In this document: piece after piece, positions 12,082 through 24,921 of the stretch | How positions within the stretch are numbered: the stretch's first letter is position 1 | Layout: each line of letters begins with the position of its first letter | DNA from: Patellaria atrata CBS 101060 | Lineage: Eukaryota | Direction: 5' to 3' | Length of the DNA stretch: 64,000 nucleotides | NCBI GenBank assembly: GCA_010093705.1 | Contig: MU006093.1 | Location: 1,323,301-1,387,300 of the forward strand | Notes under the pieces: model-generated | Database searches by the model: none | The model's input: only the letters and a program-made list of their open reading frames with translations | Told to the model about the DNA's origin: nothing | Translations under genes and position numbers: made by a program

Positions 12082-13013
12082 ATGTACGCCCTATACACCC
12101 TCCTATCCCTCCTCCCCCTCTCCGCCTACGCCATCGACGGCCGCCCCAACGGTCCCCCGGCCAAACCCGCCCCCACCGTCCCCGAAACCTTCCACTGGAC
12201 AAACCCATGGGGCGAAGACGTCTCTCCACCCATCGACCTCGAGCCAGCCTGCGACGTCATCGCAACCTACAAGCTAAACCAGCACCTCCTCTACGACGTG
12301 CCGATCATGCCACCGCTAGGTTTCCAGCCCTACGCCAAACACATGAAGGCCTTCTTCGGCTCGGCGGAGTACCCGGGCGGCTGGGAGGGCCTCGACCCGC
12401 ACGGCAGCGACCGCGTCCTGCTCGCCATGAACTGGACCGACGTCCCGAACGCCGTCAAGGAGTGGGTCCTCGAGAACGAGGCCGTGTATGATAGCTTTTG
12501 GGACCGGCTCGGGGAGAAAGTCGAGGGCGGTAGGAAGGGCAGGGGGTTGTATAGTGTGTATAAGAGGGCGACGGGGTTCGAGGAGGAACCGGATATCTTA
12601 CCCGCTCATGGTGTTTGGGAGCATGATTTGTTTATGGTGTTTAGCCCCGGCGCGATCTATGAGATTGCGCCGCTTTGGGTCGCGAATGAGNNNNNNNNNN
12701 NNNNNNNNNNNNNNNNNNNNNNNNNNNNNNNNNNNNNNNNNNNNNNNNNNNNNNNNNNNNNNNNNNNNNNNNNNNNNNNNNNNNNNNNNNGGGTTTCGGT
12801 TATAGCAACTTGCTGACGATTGTGATAGATGCGTTCCTGGATCTCTCTCGGTATAGCTCCGAATGGAAGGACGGCGGTGTTCTCGCGTGGCCTGTTGACC
12901 ACGGCCCGGAACCGGATCGGTTCAAGAAGGAACGCCAGATCGAACTTGCCGTGCAGGGACAGGTGCTCAAGAAAGTGGTGGACGATTACCCGGAGGGGAA
13001 AGACGAGCTCTGA
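12082..13013 (+). CDS. Secretory-pathway protein of unknown function with C-terminal KDEL; interrupted by the assembly gap
   Basis: Signal peptide MYALYTLLSLLPLSAYA. ORF is open up to the N-run. After the gap, branch point GCTGAC and acceptor TAG (12828) lead to an exon ending ...YPEGKDEL*. Confidence 0.75.
12691..12790. other. Assembly gap (100 N, true size unknown)
   Basis: Run of exactly 100 N. Confidence 1.
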
Positions 13014-13310
13014 GTAACCTGACGCGTTTGATGATCACCTCGCGGAGGAATTGTACGATAAAAAGCATGGACTCATTGCGGTATTAGAATGGATGGATGG
13101 CGTTGGGGGTGGTATGCCCACACTCACAGCATAGTTAGCTGTGCTTTTTTCTTCTTATTATCACGAGACCGTTTTTGTACATATCAATTCGGATTCAAAT
13201 CGGTCGTCCACATACTTTTCCATTTCCTTCATGATATGCAATGTAATAACGAAAGCCTGTGTGCCCAAAAATCCCTCCAGCCTTACATCGTACTTTCTGC
13301 AATCCAGGTT

Positions 13311-14924
13311 CTACTCTCCCCTAAAAAACCCAGCGACCAAGAATGCTAACTCAAGCGCCTGCTTCTCATTCAAGCGCGGATCACAGTACGTCGTATAATT
13401 GAGGCTCAAGTCCTCCTCCACCAAGCCCTCACTACCGCCCAGACATTCCGTCACCGCATCACCTGTCAGCTCAAGGTGGACCCCACCGAGGAAACTTCCG
13501 TGCTGCTTATGAATTGTGAGGGCAGAGGAAACCTCGGAGAGAATGGAGGTAAAGTGCCTAGTTTTGAAGGCCAGAGCCGTAGGTTTGGTGTTGCTGTTTA
13601 TTTATTAGCATCCTCTAACCTTACAATAACCAATTTAAGGGACGGGAGCCAGAGCTATGGGGTAGGATAGGAATGATACACTCACCCATGCATCGGATCA
13701 CACTGCCAAACGACAGTATGCCCACTCCCCTTAACCGCCTCGATATGCCCACCCAACAACTTCTCCACTTTATCCTCTCCATACCTTGTGATCAGCGTTA
13801 CCTTCCCGATCTCCTTATCCGGATTCACGATATCGAGTAACCGCACCAATTCGTCGTTCTGCATCGATGGGCCTACTTTTATCCCGATCGGATTTTCGAT
13901 GCCCCGGAAGTACTCCACATGCGCACCGTCGAGGTCCCGCGTGCGGTCCCCAATCCAGAGGAAGTGTGCGCTAGTGTTGTACCAGCCCTTCCCGTCTGAG
14001 GTGGATCGAGGGGAAGCGGTATATGTTGAAGGATGCTTCATGTGCCGTGTCAGATTTTGCTCATAATCGAGCACCAGACCTTCATGGCTCGTGAATAGAT
14101 CGACGGTGTGCAGAGCTCCGGCGGTATCAGCGCCGATGGTATGCATGAAGCGGAGGGAGTCGCGGATACTGTTCACAATGCGGGAGTACTTCTCCTTGAT
14201 CGCCTCTTCTTTCACGTGCCCGAGACCCCAATCGAGGGGGTTATGCAGGTCCGCGATCCCGCTGGCCAACTGAGCACGAACGTAATTGCTCGTTGCCGCG
14301 GAGTGGAAGTACGCACTCACCAACCTACTTGGGTCCGGTTCGCGGTGAGCCGGGTCATACCCGTTCAAGATATCACCTCTAAAGCTCGGAACTTCTTCCC
14401 AATTAATAACTTCCATTGGGCTCGAGCGCGGTTTGGCGTACTGGCCTGCCATCCTTGCTATGCGGACGACGGGCTTGTTGATGCCCCAGATAAGCACGAG
14501 CGACATTTGCAAGAGGAGCTTGATCTTGGAGTCGATGGAGGAGTCTTCGCAGTAGGAAAAGAGCTCGGCGCAATCACCGCCTTGGAGGAGAAAAGCTTTG
14601 CCGAGAGCTACATCGCGGAGGCTGTGCTTTAGTTTAATGATCTCAGTGGGGGTGACGATAGGGGGTAGTGTAGAGAGTTGGGCGAGCGAGGATTCGAGGG
14701 CCACCGGGTTGGAATAAGATACGACTTGTTTTATTGGTTTGGAGCGCCAGGCTAGAGATGGTCAGTTATATTCTATAGGGAGAGGGGTATATCCACGTAC
14801 AGGATGGTGACCAAGATAGGGGGGAGGGAGTTGAGGGAATCATCTTCTCTAATGCTTCCGTGTCTGTGTCTCCATTGATTCGTCTTGCATGATCAACGAT
14901 TTGTTGATCTGTCATATGATCCAT
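13311..14924 (-). CDS. Class II DAHP synthase (3 exons; start may instead be the downstream ATG of MIPSTP)
   Basis: WSPSSWRSKPIKQ, FLLQGGDCAELF, RMAGQYAKPRS, LFTSHEGL, HFLWIGDRTR, NPIGIKVGP, WQCDPMHG and YCDPRLN motifs, diagnostic of the AroA II family. Confidence 0.95.
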
Positions 14925-15272
14925 AGCTTTGGTCCTTGATGAAACAAGCTGAGAAGTTTGCTGTTAGTCAAGTTCATTGCGAAATTTCAAATCTTTTTGT
15001 GACATATGGGTCTTATGAGAAGTAAAAGAGATTCTATAGCCAAGTTCCTTAATTGTTCAAACGGTTATTAATCTTTCTTGTATTTTTATAGATTTTAGTA
15101 TTTGAGGTGACACTAGGATGAGATAAAAGTAGAGAGAGAATAGGTAGAACAAGAAACGAACATAAAGAACCCTACCTACCGCAGAATGAATTGTAAAACT
15201 TATTCAACGACTCAATTTTTAAAAGAAGTGGATGAAATAGTAATATAGTAGATCTTAAAGTTGGTATAAGTA

Positions 15273-15279
15273 TGAGTCA
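15273..15279. promoter_or_regulatory. Gcn4/CpcA (cross-pathway control) element TGAGTCA upstream of DAHP synthase
   Basis: Perfect TGA(G/C)TCA about 350 bp 5' of the DAHP synthase ATG. Confidence 0.5.
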
Positions 15280-15975
15280 AGATTCCAAGGACATCTTGCT
15301 TCGGAGAAGTCCAATATTATACCAATATAATGCCACCCACGAAGTGATCATACATTCATATATCCAATCAGCTACAAAGACCGAGTAATCAGACTGATAT
15401 GGATAGTTTTCGACTTTTCAAGAGAGAATTGATCCATTTTTTGCCGCAGAGACTCGCTACTAATGAGCATACCCACCGAAGAAACCCCGATCACAACCCT
15501 CATGTTGAACTTTGCGATTCGTAAGAACTAACGTACTACTCGATGTCGCCCTGAATACAGACCTTGGCTCCAACTTTGACAGTATGGTTCATATATTCTA
15601 GTTAGCTGAGTCTCTAGTAAACCATTAAAGTGGTCATATTCTGAAAGAGAGGAGAAATAAAGACAATCCAGCAATCCATGGACAGTGTGATTGATCCAGC
15701 ATACCATGTCCCAAAATCGATATAGAATGGTATGATAGCTCCAATATTCGATACTTAATCCTTAAGCTATATTTCATAAGATTTTCCATAGCAATTAAAT
15801 GTGACTTGTATTCTCATTACGGAGTACTCCCACTGCTCATAAATAATACTGTACGATACGGTACCTGCATCCCACACTTTACCCCTCCCAGGCTAGTCCC
15901 CCACAATACAATCCTCCCACCAACCTCAACCGACCTCAGACCCTTTCCTGTTCCCCAAAAGCCACACAACCCACA

Positions 15976-16448
15976 ATGGCAGAAGAGCCACAGCCCTCGA
16001 ACATAACTGCAGGAGCGGAAGACACACCCTCCCTCCCCTCCAACGCCGAAGACCGCAAAGCGGCAGCCGCTCTCTCCGCGCTCGACACGCGCGGCGCCGA
16101 CGATGACGCGGGCGAGAACAGGAAGAACGTCGACTCCGAGGCGCTGGGACAGGCGATGAAGAATCTCGATCTCGGAAAGGAGGGGAAGAAGGATGAGGAG
16201 GTCAAGAAGGTCGTCAAGGTCGATGCGGGGGATGTAAAACTGTTGGTAGGTTTTGTTGGCTTTCCTCTTGGTTTATGGAGGGGGGTTTGGATAAGGATGG
16301 AGGGAGCCGGCGTAAAATTAAAGAGCTGATTTGATTGGAATAGGTCGAGCAGCTTGAACTTTCCAAGGTGAAGGCGACGGAGTTGTTGAAGGCGCATGAT
16401 GGGCATGCAGTTAGGGCTATGGTTGCCTTTGTGCAGGCGTCGGCTTGA
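15976..16448 (+). CDS. HYPK-like protein (C-terminal UBA-like domain), 2 exons
   Basis: AEDRKAAAALSAL...VKVDAGDVKLL|VEQLELSKVKATELLKAHDGHAVRAMVAFV matches the HYPK UBA pattern; intron GTAGGT...TAG. Confidence 0.85.
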
Positions 16449-16963
16449 ACAGATATGGTATATTGCAAGAATGTGGTTGCGTTGTGCTTGAGGGCTTCCT
16501 GGTGCATGAGTTAAGGGAAATTGAGCAGAGGACTTGAGTGTTGGATCAATTCACCATAGGATGTCACCTGCGCCAGCTTTCCTCGATTCACCTTCAGACG
16601 ATATTCGCACGAGAACGATCGTCCGATATCGGGATTGGAGAGCATATATGCCGAATGTCTTGCTCTCTCGGGGGAAGAGGCCATGAAATCAAGCAGGGGG
16701 CAATGGGACCGCTATGTTTGGTGTTCGTACCAGTATTGAAATATCACGGCGAAACAAATCAAGAGAACATGCTTTGGATAATCGTCGTCTCAGTTTATCG
16801 TCCTACATATCCAGATGCCCAACACCACATGATCCACTACCCCAGCTAATTAAATCCGTACTCCATTAATGTTCAAACACCTCCGGACGCTCTCAATGCA
16901 GTCTAATCGTTACTCATTTATGCACAAGATTTCACAATTCATGTAACAATCTGAGAAAAGACT

Positions 16964-19900
16964 CTAATCCCAATCCATCGTCTGCCCCAAGGTCACACCC
17001 AAACTTCTCCTCTTCCCGAAGTCCAACTTTTTGACCGGACTCTTCTCTTCAAAAAATCCCTTCCTAGTCTGTTTTGGTGGGCAGGTCATCTGGACAAGAT
17101 CACCCTTAAGATAGTAGGGGGTACCTGGACTGTCACCAAAGCATGACGCAACAGTGAAGTTCTCTTTGTCAACACTCTTTAGGGAAGCTGGTGTCGTATT
17201 TAACACCAACTTAGGCGTCTTGATGCCAGAAAACGGTGTTGTAGGAGCGGACTTCGCAGTCTGCTTCACGGAGCTTGAAGTGAACGGGGTAAACCGCACT
17301 GGAGAATGAGTAGGTGTTGTGTTTGCGGAGAGTGTGGCCAGGGGTTGGGTGGTGCTGGGTAATGGAATGAGATAACCGGATTCAGGAACGTGAGCATTTG
17401 CTCTCTCGCATCTATCGTTATTGTTAACACATGGTTCGCAACTAAAAGTGTTGGAAAAAAAACTTACGCCATAGCCCAACCTATATTGACACACTTGATC
17501 GCACCGTTGCTGAATGCTACTTTGTCAAGGGTACGCTTGCTGCCATCTTTGAACAATACATGAGTGATACTCTGGTTATCATTCAACCAATGAGATACGA
17601 CCCTAGCGCCTAGGTCAAGAAGGAGAGGGATGAAGAGATTACTCGCGTCCCTTCCATCATTCTCGTTTACGTCGACGTAGACGACTGTACCAGTCAAGAC
17701 ACCCTTCGTCATGGCCTCAGAAAGTGGTGTATTTGTCTCTGCGTCCCAAGAGACGTTCTTCTTCGGTGATTGCTGAGCATTCTTGCGTGGCGATCGTAGA
17801 GATGATTTCCGAGGCGAGATAGAAGGACGAGCCCCGGGAGTGACAGCTACCGGTTCTAAAATGATCGGTTGGAGTCGCAGCTCTGGAGTCTTTGAAACAT
17901 CATCAGATGTAGATTCGTATGTGTGCTCCTCTTCCATCTGCACCGTACGTGATAACCCTGGAGTCTTGACTGGGGACACATTTGCAAAATCCATAATTGC
18001 GATTTGTTCCTCGAATTCATGACCTGCAATCTCCGGAGTATCGTGCGGAGTTCCGGGAACGAGAGAGAACAATTGAGATGCATGTGTCTCCACGGCTTTC
18101 GAAGGCGAGGCTGGAGGTGTGGTGCTCTCAAGCTCCGCGTTTTCTTGCTGTTGTTCTTCTGTTTCTAGGCACACTTCTTGCTCTACCTCCACTTCCATTG
18201 ACTCATTTTGCCCTTGAATGTCTGACTCAAGCAAAGCTTCCGCTTGAGCATTCAGGAGAGACCTTTGAAGTAGGCTCTTCCTACCCTTTAACGGTCCACG
18301 GGCAATTTTGGCGGGGGATGCCGTGCGCAAGATCATCTGCATATCTGCCCGGGCTCTACGCGGAGATGCCTTCACTAAGGAGGTCTTGAACGGACTATTG
18401 TAATCCTCAACAGTAGGTTGAAGCTCCCTTCTAGAAGCTCTTTGGCTAGCGATGTTGATCTTACGTGGAGAGCTTCTCATGAGAGTGGCCTTGAACATGT
18501 TGAGTCCGTCATCCGTGAAGAGCGCTCGAGATGGCTGAGATGAAGAGACTTTCGGAACAATAGGTGCCTTGCGAGGGGAAGTTCTCAAGAGAGAGTGATT
18601 GAGAGCTGGTGCGTTCACATCTGCCGAGAACACCGACTGTGACGGAGTATTCCTGGCGTCGACTGCAGCTTTGCGAGGGGAGTGCTGCATAGGTACACTT
18701 CCTTCGGCTTTTACAGCTTTTACAAGAGAATAAACAGCTTTACGGGCCTCTGCTGGTGGTTTACGCGGCGAGGTTTGTAGCAGAGAGCCTTTCATCTGAG
18801 CTGTTGAATCCGAAGGATGTGTAGAGCCCATTGGTGCTAGTTTCAGAGTGGAAGAAATAGCAACCTTACGTGGGGATAGCCGAAGTAACGATGGACCGAA
18901 CAGGGAATTCTTATTGGGGGAAACCAGACTGGATGCCTTGAACGGCGAGCAAGGCACAGATGCCTCTAACGTTGGAAGGATAGGCGCGAATGCTTTAGCT
19001 GACGGTGGAGGAGGTGCCGTCAACGCTGAACTGTGTTCCAGAGGTGTCATAGGTCGTTCACTAGTTGTAGTTCCTAGAGTTTGTAGAGCAGGCTTCGTTG
19101 GCGAAAGTCGCACTGATGCTTCGAATGCGTTCCACGCTGGGGTTTTTATAGCAACAGTGGTTTCCACTTTTGTGGAGACCACCTCGATCACTTCAGGCGG
19201 ACTGCCAATAAGATCATCAGTGGCTGTTTCATGGTGCGCGTCTACCATTTCCAAGCCCTCTGAGGACTCAACTTGTGAAACTTTCTTTGCCTTTGTAGAT
19301 GCCTTGATCGTCTTCTTGACTGAGGCCCTCTTAGTAGTCTTCTTTGCTGCTGAAGCAGCAGTCTCTTTTGCCAAAGCTCCTCGGGTTGAAGTGACCGGTG
19401 CTGGCGGTCCTTCAACTCCGTTCTGTCTAGTAGATCGCGTCGTTGCTGGAGCTGCTTTAGCCTTTGTCGCCATCCTCTTTGCCGCAGGCGCAGCTGGTGG
19501 AGGTTCTTTCGCAGCACGTTTCCTTGTAACCGGTGGTAGGGATTGTAAACGCTCCTCCTTTTGGATCTTTTCCGCTTCCTCTTCGAATGCAACCTTCTTC
19601 GACGATTTAGTACCGACCTTCTTCGTCGGTGCTGTCACCACGTTCTTTTTCAGTTTCGTCGTCTCAACCACAGCAGCTGGTTTTCTTCCTCGCCTTGGAG
19701 GCGCTTTCAGCGGTTTTACTTCATCTGTTGTCGAATCTTTTGGCGCTCCTCGGGTTGTTCGAGATCTCGTTGTGGTCTTCGCTGGGAATTCTTCTTCCTC
19801 TGCCTCTAGAGCTGGTGCAGGGATCACGACCGACACTTTCCCGGCCTTCTTCTTTGACGCGCCTTTCTCTTGTTTTGCGCTGGTAGAATGGGATTCTTCG

Positions 19901-20007
19901 AGCTTTTCCACCATCTGCTGCTTGCGGGAGAGCCCAGTAAGTGGGATGCCGCGATCTTTGAGCAAGGTGCGAAGGTTCGCGACGGTCATAGACGCGTAAT
20001 CACTCAT
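16964..20007 (-). CDS. SAP-domain and BRCT-domain protein with a long disordered SPxK-rich linker; intron 17467-17412
   Basis: N-terminal SAP (YASMTVANLRTLLKDRGIPLTGLSRKQQMVEKL). C-terminal BRCT (LTGTVVYVDV...LLDLGARV...ITHVLFKDG...CVNIGWAM|ACERANAHVPESGY). Confidence 0.8.
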
Positions 20008-20422
20008 ATTGCAATATTAACGTGTAAAAACTTGCGAAGGTGCATCAATATATCGATCGTTGGTGATGTCGTTGTGGATGTAAGGATAGTGTATTGGAGC
20101 TACGTTTTGTTGTGGTTTTGAATCCGGATTGCAATACGCGGTTGTTGCTCCTGGCAACAGGCTATCAACCATTTCTGATTCGCTGGCTGGGCCTACGCCT
20201 TTAATTTCAAGATAAGATAAGATCTGACGTGCTATATCAAAACTTCAACAAACACTAGATGCTCCCTTCTGCTCCATTAGGTATTCTGGTCATCAGATGA
20301 CAAAGTAATTGGTCATATTTAACATGTTAAGGTATCTCTATGTTCGCTTAGTTCTCCTTTGTCTTTCTAACCTTATTGGAGACTACAACAAACGAATCAA
20401 TTCATCCAGCCCCTTTGTCACG

Positions 20423-23400
20423 TTAGCCCTCCTCATCGCTTTCATTCCCGCCTTTCAACAATCTAGTAAAACGCTGTTTCTTTCTGTTCAGTTCATCGAA
20501 GCTTCCCTCTTCCACCACCTCTCCCTTCTCTAGCATGATGATTCTGTCCGCAATGCGCATCATATCCCTCTCGTGCGTAATGGCGATGACTGTAGTTCGC
20601 ACTCCATCCTTTCTCCTGTCTATCAAGTTCGTGATCGCCTCAGCGATAACGCGCCTACTCTCCGCATCGAGTGCGGATGTTGCTTCATCTAGTATTAAGA
20701 CCTGGGGCTTACGAACAAGCGCGCGCGCAACGGCAATCCGCTGAGCCTGGCCTCCGGAAACACCCACGCCGTTGTCCCCAAGGAGCGTTTCATATCCTAA
20801 AGGTAAGCTCATTATAAAATCATCTATGCCTGTTGCTTTAGCCGCAGCTCGTATATTCTCCATGGATCTCAACGGCGAAGAATCGTGTATGCCATAAAGT
20901 ATGTTTTCGGCGACGCTGATAGGGAAGAAGTATGGAGTTTGCGGTACAACCGAGATTAATGTACGTAACGTAGGTGTATGTATGCGCCGGATATCCCGAC
21001 CAGCAACTTCAATCTCAGCCTTCTGTCCCATCGCCGTTGGACGAGTAGGATACAGTTTGAGAAGTAGTGAGGCTATGGTAGACTTCCCGCTGCCGGTGGA
21101 TCCAACGATAGCAGTAAAGCTACCCGAAACGAAGTACAAACTAACGTTGTTGAGAATTAATTGGTCTGGTCTACTTGGGTACCGAAAGCTCAGACTATTC
21201 AGGGAGATATCTCCAAGTTTTCTTGGACGTGTGGTTCCTTCATGTTCATAAGAGGTTTCCGGAAGCTGCGCAAGCCGCAACAAACGGTTTGCAGATTCCC
21301 TAGATGATCCAATCCTAGGTATAGAAGCCAGAATCCCGCTAGCATTGGCGAAAGCTGTAAGGAGCATAGTGAATACCTGGACGATCTGGTTCACGCTGTA
21401 TCTCCCTGACACTAGGAGTTCACCACTGTACCAGACTAGGAGTGCGATACCAAAGAAAATGAGACCAGATGAGAGTCCGAAGAGAAAGCCAAAATAGAAG
21501 GCCTTCTTTGATGTGGTCCGAAATGAGGATTGGACTGCTTGTTCATGCTTCACCTCGAATATTTCTTCCAAAGTGAGTAATTTAACCGTCTTTATGTTCC
21601 CAAAAGTTTCAGCGAACACACCGGCTGTGGCCTCAACTGCATCGTTAGTCAACCTTTCAAAATATGATGTCAGACGATTCAAAACGTTTGTAGTTCCATA
21701 TATCAAAGGAGTGAAAGAGATGCCAACCAGGGTAAGTGCCCAGCCGATCGAGAGTGACCAGACAAGAGAGCTTATCATCATCAACACGAGGATCAGAATA
21801 GGTATAACGATCTTGGCTATAATATTCTTAGTGTTCTCTGCATGGTTGTCGAAACATGCCATCAACTGAGTAACACTGTTCTCTTTGCCGTCGAAGAAAC
21901 TGCGCGGTTGGTTAACGACGCGCTTCATACATTCAGCACGAAGTCTGTTGACCCAGATCTCGGCACACCCATCAAGCAGAGCATACGTAGCATATAATGA
22001 TATGCCACCTACGACAGCTAATCCTATTATAAGTCCAGAATACATCGCTGTTTTACGTGCACGATTCTCGGTAAGGTTAAATGTGCCTAATAGTTGTCCT
22101 AACAACCATCCGAAGGCTGATCGGGTTATGGCTTGCACAATGAGTGCTAATAAGCCAACAAGCAACATTAAACGTGCTGAAAGTCCTAACCGTGGCCATA
22201 TTGTCTGCATAATTTGCAACAACGATAATGCGGAATGCTCCATGGATAGACGAGCAGATGAAACGTCATGCTCTGTCCAGCCCGTTCTTTTCTCGTCTGC
22301 TGCTGCTAGAATTTGTTGAACTTCTTCGCTGACCTGGAGAGAAAAGATTGAAGGCTGTGTGATGATTGAATTCGCTCGAAGCACCCTCAGTTGTCCGTGG
22401 TTAGTATAGGTAGAATGGCGAGGGCTTAGCATCATCTGCGCAACAGAGTTCGCATCCTCAAGATTCTCAAGCATTTTAACGCTTTGAATACTTAGTCGAT
22501 GATTCAAAGTCTCGGGTTCTGAGTGCAAAACCTCTAGTGAAACCGCAGACTTGAGGTTGTGAACAGATGAAAAAAGAGATATCCTTCTACGTCGTTTTTC
22601 AGCGATGACATCAGAAAAATGGCCATCATTTCCATGCAATGAAGGTTCAATTATATTATCAGAGTCCTCAGGGTCCGCTAAAGGCGAGAATTTAGGCGAC
22701 AGCGGCGATGTGGAGTGGTGATTGTGCAATTCCAGTGCGCTCTGGTATCCTTGCTTGATAATACAGCCGTTCTCAACCACATAGACAAAATCTTGAGGTG
22801 CTATTTGGGACGTGTCGTGGGTAATAACAATTGTTGTTTTGTTTTTCCGCCAGGCCCGTACTGCTTTCATCATGGCAATCCGGGTAACATAGTCCATGGC
22901 GCTTGTTGACTCATCGAGAATTAGGATGGGTGAATCTCGAATTCTTGCTCTTGCTAATGCAACGCGTTGTTTTTGGCCACCGCTAAGGGCATTTCCATTC
23001 TCCCCCACGGTCGTTTCGAGACCTCTAGGCATATCACTCAAAGCTTGACCAAGAACCGCAAATTCAGCGGCTTTTTGCACGTCTGTTCTTGTGACTGGTG
23101 GACTACCATGACTCCCGTAAGCTATATTCCTCCATATAGAATCATTAAAAAGAACGCTATGTTGTTCAACAAGCGTGATTCTGCTTCTCAACCATACGAG
23201 GTCAAGTTTCTCAAGCGGATAGCCGTCCAGATCAATTAAGCCGTGAGTACAGGGATACAGGCGTGTAAGAAGCTGGCCGATAGTGGTCTTGCCTGAACCA
23301 CTGCTGCCAATGATAAATCTCATTTCCCCGGCTGGGAATGACATTGAGGCGCTCGCGAGGACGGTTTGATCTGGTCTGGAAGGGTAAGAAAATGAAACCT

Positions 23401-24921
23401 ATAATACCGTTAGACCGTAGACTAACCCATGCCCTCAATCATTGTGGCACTCCTAGGCTGCTGTACGTTTATTCGTGGGAGCAAACTCAGACTCCGCTGT
23501 ATCTTAAGAATCAGACAAACAGAAAATTGCAGCTGCATGAACGCTTACACTATAGTACATGACTTATAAAGCTATAAGGATCTGAGGTTTGGGTGTCTTT
23601 GTAGATTATATAGCAAATGTGTGGAAATAAATGCCAACCCCGATAAGGGAAGAGATCAATTGCTAACAGAGTACATACCTGCTGCATGTGAATACTCCTA
23701 GGCTCATGGCGGAGATGCGGTTTGAGTGGTCCCGAGCGTTCGAGGAACTCATCTGAACAGTCGAGGAGGTTTCTCAGTTTAGATGCTGCTGCTTGACCTT
23801 TGTCAAGAATATTGAGTTGAGGTAGGAAGTCGTTCAAAGCATCAATCATTTGCAGGGATGCCCAGACAGTCATGAAAATCTGTCCTGCATTAACCTTACC
23901 TGCAAATAATAGGGTACTACCATACCAAAGGCCCTGGACAAATAAGACGAAACTCGAAAATTGCACCAGCGAAAACTGTAGGGCTACCCAATGTCCCTGT
24001 CGATTATAGAGTTCTCCAGCACCTTTTACCGCCTTGATATACCTCCATATTGCCGACTGTTGTCCATTGAATATCTTGATCGCATCTATGGACGAGAAAG
24101 CGTGTATAGCGTGACTTCCGGCCTCGGATAGCTTCTGGTCGTAAATTTTTAGAACCGGCTGTTGTCTAGACGCGATCCATGCGAATAAACACCCAATAAT
24201 CGGAATGCCGCAGATCGTGACTAATGTGATCTTCCATGAGGAGTACATAGAAAGACCAATAGAAGCTAGGCATGCTGTAAGACTCTTAAATGCGGTACCT
24301 ATACTTTGAGAAGTTGCATTTCGCAAATCAAGGACGTTGCTAGGGTGCAATCAGCGAGATATCTTAAACTCATTCAATAGATACTGACGTTTGTAGACGA
24401 GGAGAGAAGGACCTAACACCATCCTCTTGCGTATCAAACCAGGCCATACTTTTCTTAATGAAAGCATGAAACAGCGCCCTTCGGGCACCCCGCGCTTGCA
24501 TTTCACCAAAGAATGCCCAAAGAGCGTAGAGAGTTCCTTGGAGAACCCAATGTAAACATCCAAGTCCTACTGAATATACACAGTATATCGTCATCTTATT
24601 CTTCAACTCATCTTTCTCCAACATGCCTGAAGCATACTTGCTTAGAGAGTCAAATATCTTGCTGAGTAAGTACGCTTCTGTGAGTTCAAGGACACCCGTA
24701 ACGATTGAAAGGCAGATGGCAGGTATCAAGACGAACAGCTGTCGTCTAGTCGTAAAATAAAAAAGGTGTCTCCAGTTAGGCGAACTCGCAGTCGTACTCT
24801 CATCAACAAGGCCAATTTTGGTTTCATGAATGCTCAAGCGAGTAGTTGATTCGACCGTTCTGGGCGGCGTTTTCGTTTTCGAGTCAAGGTTAAGACCTTG
24901 ATGTCCTGCCGATTGCTGCAT
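20423..24921 (-). CDS. STE6: Full-length ABCB transporter, STE6/Mam1-like lipopeptide pheromone exporter; exons 24921-24389, 24339-23679, 23398-20423
   Basis: TMD-NBD-TMD-NBD layout. Walker A GSSGSGKT and GSTGSGKST, signatures LSGGQKQR and VSGGQAQR, Walker B ILILDE. ARARIRDSPILILDE and ITHD features resemble the fungal a-factor exporter subfamily (family recall, not a search). Confidence 0.8.

Noticed and set aside
14950..15830. AT-rich intergenic DNA as a RIP-degraded transposon (also 11250-11900)
   Set aside because: No terminal repeats, target-site duplication or transposase/RT remnants are recognisable.
18848..19999. 383-aa + strand ORF and other long antisense ORFs (e.g. 52895-53926, 36571-37152)
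   Set aside because: Shadow frames of real genes, explained by codon bias and low complexity; no motifs.
13311..24921. Secondary-metabolite cluster (DAHP synthase II plus ABC transporter)
   Set aside because: No PKS, NRPS, terpene or tailoring genes; the intervening genes are housekeeping and the transporter looks STE6-like.
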